A DNA stretch of 41,508 nt, from assembly GCA_020343535.1 (NCBI GenBank), contig CP070799.1, positions 1,782,601 through 1,824,108 of the forward strand, written 5' to 3'. A model generated the notes under the pieces. The model made no database searches. It saw only the letters and a list, made by a program, of their open reading frames with translations, and had not been told where the DNA came from. Below, piece by piece: positions 10,417 to 16,938 of the stretch (position 1 is the first letter of the stretch; every line of letters starts with the position of its first letter). This DNA is from Nitrospinaceae bacterium. GTDB taxonomy: Bacteria > Nitrospinota > Nitrospinia > Nitrospinales > VA-1. The translations under genes were made by a program, and so were the position numbers.

Positions 10417-11235
10417 TTGGTAGAACTCGCCAAATCCAAATTTGAAGACCTGGTCCTCTCGCGCCTGAGCGCCGACGGAAAATGCCTGGACCTCGACGAA
10501 AAGCAGATCGGCGCCGAGGAACTGAAATTCCTTGCCGAATCGGAAGACGAGGCAATGGCTGGCGTGGAACAGCTCTACCTGAGCCACAACCATCTCGCCG
10601 ACGGCGACCTCGCCGTTCTCGCCCACCTGCGCGGGTTTCCCCGGCTCACCTCGCTGTACCTGAACCACAACGCCATCGGCGACGAAGGGGTGCGGTCGCT
10701 GGCGACGTCCAAGCTTGCCGGCAACCTGAAACGCCTCATGCTGGAGGCCAACAACGTCGGCCCGGAGGGCGCCCGGCTCATCGCCGAATCGGAAAACCTG
10801 AACCGCCTGGAAATCCTGTATCTCGACAGCAACCCCCTCGGGGCCGAAGGCGCCCGCGCCCTTGCCGAGTCCCCCGGCCTGGGGGCGCTCAGCGACCTGC
10901 ACCTAGACAGCACCGGCATGGGAGACGCGGGCACACGCGCCCTTGCCGAGTCGCCATTGCTCGCGCGGGTCCGGCGGCTCTACCTGTGCTCGAACGAAAT
11001 CGGCGACGAAGGGGCCATCGCGCTGGCGAAATCTCCGCACCTCGGAGGGTTGATCGTGCTCAGCCTGTGGCGCAACGAGATCCGCGACGCGGGCGGACGC
11101 GCCTTGGCCGAATCCACAACGCTCGGGAAGCTCGAACGGCTTTACATGAGCCTGAACCTGATCGACCGGCCGGTGCGAAAAATCATTCGCGGTTCGGAAC
11201 TGGCGAAACGGCTGAAGACCCTGGTGATGGATTAA
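10417..11235 (+). CDS. Leucine-rich repeat protein (about 8 repeats of 27 aa)
   Basis: Repeating LxxLxLxxNxIGDxGAxALAxSxxL units. TTG start with GGGAGGG upstream. Confidence 0.9.
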   Translation: MVELAKSKFEDLVLSRLSADGKCLDLDEKQIGAEELKFLAESEDEAMAGVEQLYLSHNHLADGDLAVLAHLRGFPRLTSLYLNHNAIGDEGVRSLATSKLAGNLKRLMLEANNVGPEGARLIAESENLNRLEILYLDSNPLGAEGARALAESPGLGALSDLHLDSTGMGDAGTRALAESPLLARVRRLYLCSNEIGDEGAIALAKSPHLGGLIVLSLWRNEIRDAGGRALAESTTLGKLERLYMSLNLIDRPVRKIIRGSELAKRLKTLVMD

Positions 11236-11244
11236 AAAAAACCG

Positions 11245-11282
11245 GCGGCGGGCAACGCCATGAGCGGCGGGCAACGCCATGA
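11245..11282. repeat. Perfect 19-bp tandem duplication (GCGGCGGGCAACGCCATGA x2)
   Basis: Copies at 11245-11263 and 11264-11282, read directly from the sequence. Confidence 0.95.
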
Positions 11283-11294
11283 AAGGATGGACGC

Positions 11295-11408
11295 GTGGAC
11301 TACAAATTCACCTACGATAAACTATTCAACATTCTGTTTCACGTCGGGGTGGTCATCAACGTCGTGCTGGTGACGTGGATGATCCTGGTGTTCACCGGCG
11401 TGCTCTGA
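11295..11408 (+). CDS. Small membrane protein, 37 aa (MDYKFTYDKLFNILFHVGVVINVVLVTWMILVFTGVL), below the ORF-track cutoff
   Basis: GTG start 7 nt after AAAGGA, GC3-rich codons, one hydrophobic helix, TGA ending at 11408. Confidence 0.7.
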   Translation: MDYKFTYDKLFNILFHVGVVINVVLVTWMILVFTGVL

Positions 11409-11417
11409 CGCCGGGGC

Positions 11418-12200
11418 TCAGGCGGTCAGGTTGGAATTGGCGGCCTTGACCAGCGATTCCGCGTTCCGCCACTCCAGCTTATCGCGCGGAATGAGAAAAT
11501 CCCCATCGACATTGCGAAAGGGCCGCCATTGCCCGTCGATGTAGACCTCGCTCGGGCGGAAGTTGGACTTGTAGTTGAGAGACGCGTTGTCCGCGATGTA
11601 GTAGCCGAGGTAGAAGTAGCGAATCCCCTTCAGGCGGGAAAACTCCAACTGCTTGAGAACGCTGAAGGTGCCGAGGCTCATCCCGGCGGCGTCTTGCGAG
11701 TAGAACGTATAGATCGCCGAGAAGGTTTTCCCCGTATAATCGCCGAGCGCCACCCCCAGCAAACGCCCGTCCCGGTAGTATTCGAACTCAATCCCGTACT
11801 GCGTGTTCACGTAGAACGACAGACGGAAGTTCTGCTCGTCCTCCACGTCATCCTGCAAGGTGTGGAAACGGTTCTTGTGATCCAGATACAGGCGGAATTT
11901 TTCGCGGCTGAAATGCGGCGTGCCGATGCGCGTTTCAACGGACCGGCAACTCGCCATCGCCCGCCGCTGACTGCGGTTCATCCTGAACTCCTCGGTGCGG
12001 ACGCGGATGGGAATGCAGCGGTAACAGTCTTGACAGCGGGGGCGGAAGAAATAATCGCCGAAATGGCGCATGCCGTGGGCCAGCAGGTACTCGAACTCGA
12101 TTTCCGAGATATCCTCCAGGAGGTATTCCTCGAACAACGAGCGGCGGTCCTTGAAATAACCGCACTGGAAAGGTTTGGAGTCGATGAAATGCGCCAGCAT
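11418..12200 (-). CDS. ATE1-like aminoacyl-tRNA-protein transferase (arginyltransferase / Asp-Glu leucyltransferase Bpt family)
   Basis: CGY, GMRHFG..FRP.C..C..C.PIR, SAIYTFY, SLGTFSVL, YFYLGYYI, YKSNFRP.E. Confidence 0.92.
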   Translation of the reverse strand: MLAHFIDSKPFQCGYFKDRRSLFEEYLLEDISEIEFEYLLAHGMRHFGDYFFRPRCQDCYRCIPIRVRTEEFRMNRSQRRAMASCRSVETRIGTPHFSREKFRLYLDHKNRFHTLQDDVEDEQNFRLSFYVNTQYGIEFEYYRDGRLLGVALGDYTGKTFSAIYTFYSQDAAGMSLGTFSVLKQLEFSRLKGIRYFYLGYYIADNASLNYKSNFRPSEVYIDGQWRPFRNVDGDFLIPRDKLEWRNAESLVKAANSNLTA

Positions 12201-12274
12201 GGCTTTTTACGAAAGGGGTTTTCCGGGCCGCGCCCGCCACCCCGGCGAATATCGATAATAAATGCTAAAGGGGC

Positions 12275-12283
12275 ATTATAACA
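12275..12283 (-). promoter_or_regulatory. Putative extended -10 element (TGtTATAAT) for the ATE1-like gene
   Basis: Minus-strand TGTTATAAT about 75 nt upstream of the ATG. No well-spaced -35. Confidence 0.5.
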
Positions 12284-12904
12284 CAACCCCTACTTAAGCA
12301 AACCATCACCAAGTTCAGCACGTTAGGCCCCCTCTTCGGCAAGGCGGCTAGCGCCCCTCCCGGCCATGGAGACTTTCTCGGCCCGTTCCCCCCGCGGAAA
12401 TTATTTTCGATGATCATAATGCCTGCGCCGTAAATGCATATTTTCCGCAAATTATAACGCGTGACAACTCCCAGCCCGTACCATGCGCGGGTGGCCTTTG
12501 ATCCAATACCACTTGCGATCCTGTAGACGGATGCGGTGGTTCCATCCGAGGGGAGACGGGGGTCCCTTGCGTTGCCGGGTCCATTTGTGACCCGCAGGAT
12601 GGGTTTTGCGACGAAACGCCTGCGCCCCGGGATGCGGGTGAAGTGTGCGCGCCTGGGGCAGGTTGCCCGAAGGGCCCAATGCAGTATGCCCCCTTTTCAG
12701 GATCCAGCCGGGGGAGGGAACGCGGTTCCCTTGTGAGCACCCCATCGGGAGCAAAATTGCAATGCCAGGGAAATTATGGTTAACTAACGGCGCCCGGGGC
12801 CGCCCGCCCCGCCCTGATCCACAAAAAGCATTGTCAGAGATCGTGGCCAGGCCCGACCCATAGACATGCCGCTCCTTAGGCGGCGGGCTAAAAAGGACGC
12901 CCCG

Positions 12905-13582
12905 TTGAAAATATCCGTCGTCATTCCTACACTAAATGAGGCCAAGGCGTTGCCCGAAAGCCTGAAAGCGGTGCATTGCCACCGGCCGCACGAGGTGATC
13001 GTCGCCGATGGCGGCAGCGATGACGGAACTCAGGACATCGCCCGCCGGGCGGGCTGCCGCGTGGTTTGTTCGCCCCCCGGACGCGCGGCGCAAATGAACG
13101 CCGGCGCGCTCGCGGCCAGCGGCGAGGTGGTGCTGTTCCTGCATGCCGACAGCCGAGTGAGCGAAAAATGTTTCACCAAGATGGCCCAGGCCATGAACCG
13201 TGACGACCGGGTGGGCGGTGCGTTTTCCCTCTCCATCGAATCGGACCTTTGGTCGTTGCGGCTAATCTCCACCCTCGCCACGCTCCGGTCGCGTTACCTG
13301 CACCTGGTGTACGGCGATCAGGCCATTTTCGTGCGGGCGCGCGCCTTTCACGAACTGGGCGGCTTTTCCCCGCTTCCCATCTGCGAGGATCTGGACTTTT
13401 TCCGCCGCCTGAAAAATCATGGCCCCGTCGTCCTGCTGCGCGAAAAAACCGTCACCTCCGCGCGGCGCTGGCGGGCCGAGGGCGTCTTCTTCACCACGGC
13501 CCGGAACATCGCCATTGCGTCATTGTTTCTCCTCGGATGTTCGCCAAAAATACTCAGCCGCTGGTACCTCGTCATCCGCTAG
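12905..13582 (+). CDS. Glycosyltransferase family 2 (TIGR04283-like)
   Basis: ISVVIPTLNE, DGGSDD, GRAAQMNAGA, LFLHAD, YGDQAIF, EDLDF, TSARRW. TTG at 12905 follows AAAAGGA; the track start is 12866. Confidence 0.9.
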   Translation: MKISVVIPTLNEAKALPESLKAVHCHRPHEVIVADGGSDDGTQDIARRAGCRVVCSPPGRAAQMNAGALAASGEVVLFLHADSRVSEKCFTKMAQAMNRDDRVGGAFSLSIESDLWSLRLISTLATLRSRYLHLVYGDQAIFVRARAFHELGGFSPLPICEDLDFFRRLKNHGPVVLLREKTVTSARRWRAEGVFFTTARNIAIASLFLLGCSPKILSRWYLVIR

Positions 13583-13654
13583 GTTTTCCAAAAACCCCCA
13601 CGAACAATGGCCCGGCGGCCAGCATTGCCATCGTTGCGTTAACCGTTAAAACCC

Positions 13655-13683
13655 TTGAAACATTATGGTCCAGTCCCTATAAT
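13655..13683 (+). promoter_or_regulatory. Sigma70-type promoter TTGAAA-N17-TATAAT
   Basis: -35 at 13655-13660, exact 17-nt spacer, -10 at 13678-13683, upstream of the CYCYC gene. Confidence 0.75.
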
Positions 13684-13735
13684 CGATAGGAAAAGAACCC
13701 CTGTTCACCTCAAAAACATGCGGACATTACCGCCC

Positions 13736-14197
13736 ATGGGCAAGAAAAAAACCGGCAACAACAAATCGAGAAAAAGCTCCCGGCGGATGTTGGCAGGTTT
13801 CGTCGCCGGCATCGTCGTGGTGCTTTCCGGGGTATACGTCGCCACCAAACCCCCGGTGGTGCCGGTGGCCCCGGCCACGGGCGACCTCATCGAAATACGG
13901 CCCGTCCTTTCTCCGGCGCTGTTCACCGGCAAGGTAGCGCAGGCCTACAAGGTTGCCGCGGAAATCCCCAAAGTCCTCGACGCGCAATTCTGTTATTGCT
14001 ACTGCAAGAAAGAGAAGGGGCACAAGAACCTGCTGACCTGCTTCACCAGCCGCCACGGCTCCAAGTGCGAAACCTGCATCAACGAGGCCCTATATGCGCA
14101 CGAGCTGTACAAGCAGGGCAAGACCATCGACGAGATCGTGGTGGCGGTGGACCGCAAGTTCTACCGCCCTTACCGGAAATCCACTTCCTCCCTATAA
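13736..14197 (+). CDS. PCYCGC/CYCXC-motif family protein with an N-terminal membrane anchor
   Basis: AY..A..IP.VL...FCYCYC....GH..LL.CF...HG..C..C..EA. Basic N-terminus followed by a TM segment. Start ATG 13736 (or 13718). Confidence 0.85.
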   Translation: MGKKKTGNNKSRKSSRRMLAGFVAGIVVVLSGVYVATKPPVVPVAPATGDLIEIRPVLSPALFTGKVAQAYKVAAEIPKVLDAQFCYCYCKKEKGHKNLLTCFTSRHGSKCETCINEALYAHELYKQGKTIDEIVVAVDRKFYRPYRKSTSSL

Positions 14198-14212
14198 GAT
14201 AACAACGGACCC

Positions 14213-14791
14213 ATGACCACCCAGACGGCGGAAAGCACCCTCGAGAGCAAACCGGTCAGCATCTTCATTCCCTACGCGTTGCTGGTGACCGCCCTGCTGT
14301 CGATTTTCATTATTTCCATCAACAAGGTCGAGCTCGAACCATTCAAGGTCGAGTACCCGGCCGAGGCCTTTCTTGCCCCCGGTTTCGAACTGCCCTCGTT
14401 GAACGGCGGCAAGGTGAACCTCCTGGACTACCGGGGCAAGGTGGTGTTCATCAACTTCTGGGCAACTTGGTGCGGCACCTGCGAAGTGGAAATGCCCTCG
14501 ATGGAAAAACTGTACCAGCGCTTCAAGGACGACGGTTTCGAGATGCTCACCATCAGCATCGACAAGGATCAAAGCCTCATCGAGCCGTTCATGAATAAAT
14601 ACGGGCTGACCTTCCCGGTCCTCCTCGACCCGGAGAGCACAGTGGCCAAGAAGGATTATAAAACCACCGGCGTGCCGGAGACCTTCATCGTCAACCGCGA
14701 GGGGATCATCGTCCACAAGGCCATCGGCCCGCGGCAGTGGGACAGCGATGAAAACATGGCGGCGTTCGCGCAGCTGGTCCTGGGGTCCTGA
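14213..14791 (+). CDS. TlpA/ResA-like thiol-disulfide oxidoreductase, membrane-anchored
   Basis: RGKVVFINFWATWCGTC..EMP, GVPETFIV, N-terminal TM. Confidence 0.93.
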   Translation: MTTQTAESTLESKPVSIFIPYALLVTALLSIFIISINKVELEPFKVEYPAEAFLAPGFELPSLNGGKVNLLDYRGKVVFINFWATWCGTCEVEMPSMEKLYQRFKDDGFEMLTISIDKDQSLIEPFMNKYGLTFPVLLDPESTVAKKDYKTTGVPETFIVNREGIIVHKAIGPRQWDSDENMAAFAQLVLGS

Positions 14792-14792
14792 A

Positions 14793-15194
14793 ATGATTCC
14801 GACCAAGCTGCTTCCCGCGTTCGCCTTATCGATCCTCGCCTCGCTCGCCCTGGCTTCGCTGGCGGCAGCCCACGGCGGTGCGCATAAAAAGCCGGAAGAG
14901 GCGCAAACCGCGCCCGCCCCGGCGGCGGACGCCCCCTCCCCCTACGCCCTTGAACCCACCCCCGAAGAAACGCCGCTGGACGACGACCTGCTTTCGCCCT
15001 TCGCGCGCGGCGTCATGGAAGACCACGAGATGGAAGAAGGCATGGGCAACGCCATGGACGGCCACGCCATGCCCGAGGTGGAACTTTCCCATCATACGCT
15101 CGTCTCACCATCGAAACCCGGTTACCCCTGGGCGGTGGCGGTGACGGCGCTTTCGGGCTTGTTGTTCGGGGTCCTGGCCATAAGGCGCAGGTGA
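14793..15194 (+). CDS. Exported His/Met-rich acidic protein with a C-terminal TM anchor, 133 aa
   Basis: Signal peptide ending AAA/HGGAH; MEDHEMEEGMGNAMDGHAM; C-terminal TM plus IRRR. ATG begins one base after the tlpA stop. Confidence 0.75.
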   Translation: MIPTKLLPAFALSILASLALASLAAAHGGAHKKPEEAQTAPAPAADAPSPYALEPTPEETPLDDDLLSPFARGVMEDHEMEEGMGNAMDGHAMPEVELSHHTLVSPSKPGYPWAVAVTALSGLLFGVLAIRRR

Positions 15195-15215
15195 CTCTCC
15201 GGAAAGGGAGATCCC

Positions 15216-16229
15216 ATGGCAAATAAATTTTCAGAGATCCTCAAGGAACGGCTGGGCGCGGGCGAACTCGATTACGAGATCGGCGAACACGCCAACACCA
15301 TTCCCTATTCGCTGGGCGGCATGACACTCGCCTCCCTGGGCCTCTTGATCCTCACCGGGATGCTGCTCGCCCAGTTCTACATTCCGGGGCCAGAGAGCGC
15401 CAACCAGAGCCTGCATTACCTGAGCGACCAGGTGTTTCTCGGCTGGTACCTGCGCGGCGTCCATTTCTGGGCCGCCGAAGTGCTGACGGTGACCCTGATC
15501 CTGCACATGATGCGGGTCTTCTGGACCGCGTCCTACAAGAAGCCGCGCGAAGTCAACTGGCTGGTGGGCGTCGTTCTGCTGCTCCTGATGGTCGGCCTGC
15601 TGTTCACCGGCACCGTGATCAAATGGGATCAGGAGGCCTACGAGGCGCTCGCGCATTTCACCTGGGTGGGCGAAAAACTCGGCATCCTGGGTCTACCGCT
15701 CACCGAACGATTCGCCGAGGGAGTGCCGATGGTGAGCCGAGTGTACATGTGGCACATCTCCCTGCTTCCCATCGTGACCCTGCCCGTGCTCGGGCTGCAC
15801 CTTTTCTACATCCGCCACCACAAGCTCTCCCCGCTGCCGGAATCCCCCGCGGGAGGCAGGACGATCCGCTTCACCGATCACCTGCTGTATCTTCAGAAAG
15901 CCGGCGCCGGCGTCGTCACCCTGATCTGCCTTCTCGCCCTAGTGATCGCCCCGCCGCTCGGCCAAGCGCCCGTGCATGGGCTGGAAGTCACCAAGCCGCC
16001 GTGGCAATTCGTCTGGATCTACGCCCTGGAAAACCTGTGGGTGCCCTCGCTGATCGTGGCGCCATTGCTCATCGTTTTGGCTCTCGTTCTGGTTCCGTTC
16101 GTGGACCGCAGCGAAAAGCGGCACTGGCGCGACCGCCCGGTGGCGGTGGCGGTCCTGGCGCTGACGCTTCTCCTGATGGGCGGCCTCATCATCTGGGGCA
16201 AAGTGACCACCATGACGCACTCCATGTGA
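15216..16229 (+). CDS. Cytochrome b/b6-family protein (fused b6 + subunit IV-like)
   Basis: YSLGG, LTG..LA..Y, RGVH..H..RVF, KPRE.NW..G, WDQ, four heme His, and KPPWQF at the PEWY position. Confidence 0.92.
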   Translation: MANKFSEILKERLGAGELDYEIGEHANTIPYSLGGMTLASLGLLILTGMLLAQFYIPGPESANQSLHYLSDQVFLGWYLRGVHFWAAEVLTVTLILHMMRVFWTASYKKPREVNWLVGVVLLLLMVGLLFTGTVIKWDQEAYEALAHFTWVGEKLGILGLPLTERFAEGVPMVSRVYMWHISLLPIVTLPVLGLHLFYIRHHKLSPLPESPAGGRTIRFTDHLLYLQKAGAGVVTLICLLALVIAPPLGQAPVHGLEVTKPPWQFVWIYALENLWVPSLIVAPLLIVLALVLVPFVDRSEKRHWRDRPVAVAVLALTLLLMGGLIIWGKVTTMTHSM

Positions 16230-16236
16230 CCCCCGA

Positions 16237-16500
16237 ATGCTCCCGGCACTCACTCTCGAAATGCTCAGCAAGGCCGACTGTTCGCTGTGCGACACCGCTA
16301 AAGCCACTCTGGAGAAAGTGCTGAGGGATTACCCCGGCGTCTCACTGACCATGACCGACATCGAAACCGACGCCGGCCTGTTCGAGCAATATAAAGAAAA
16401 AATTCCGGTGCTGAGAATCAACGGGGAGGACCGGTTTGTCTACAAAGTGCATGAAACCACGCTACGCAAAAACCTCGACCAGCTGATGAAAGACGCCTAG
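16237..16500 (+). CDS. Glutaredoxin-like protein (DUF836 type)
   Basis: CSLC motif, DI..D..L...Y...IPVL.ING. Confidence 0.85.
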   Translation: MLPALTLEMLSKADCSLCDTAKATLEKVLRDYPGVSLTMTDIETDAGLFEQYKEKIPVLRINGEDRFVYKVHETTLRKNLDQLMKDA

Positions 16501-16568
16501 GCGGGTATTTTCGGGTATAATACCTGGCCGGGGGTTCCCGAAATGACCCAACAGGAAGGAATCGACCG

Positions 16569-16874
16569 ATGGTGGAGAAAAAATCGTTGAACGCAGAGGA
16601 ACTGGCGGAACAACTCGCGGCCCAGGCCCCGGAATGGAAGACGGGGAAAAACGAAAAGGGCGTTCCCTACATCGAACGGGTGAAACACGCGGCCAAATAT
16701 ATGGAGGGCATCGAATTCGTCCGCCGGGTTGCCGAACTGGCCGAGGAAAACAACCACCACCCCGACATTTTCATCCACTACAAGCGCATCACCGTGCGCT
16801 ACTGGACCCACAGCGCAAGCGGCGTTACCCTGGCGGACGTGCAAATGGCAAACAAGGTCGACACCCTTTTCTAA
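16569..16874 (+). CDS. Pterin-4-alpha-carbinolamine dehydratase
   Basis: FV..VA.LAE..NHHPDI, THS..GVT..D..MA. RBS GGAAGG. Confidence 0.92.
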   Translation: MVEKKSLNAEELAEQLAAQAPEWKTGKNEKGVPYIERVKHAAKYMEGIEFVRRVAELAEENNHHPDIFIHYKRITVRYWTHSASGVTLADVQMANKVDTLF

Positions 16875-16938
16875 GCGGCGGGACAAAGGCTTCCCGCTCG
16901 CGGTCAATCCCGAAAACCCTAACTCCCTTCCACCTGCC

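Noticed and set aside
11245-11282. CRISPR array
   Set aside because: Only two adjacent copies, no spacers and no cas genes.
13655-13735. Track's TTG start for the CYCYC gene
   Set aside because: That TTG is the -35 box of the predicted promoter, so a downstream ATG is more likely.
16729-16938. Track's N-terminal extension of the MMPL gene
   Set aside because: It overlaps PCD and does not look like protein. ATG 16939 directly precedes the first TM.
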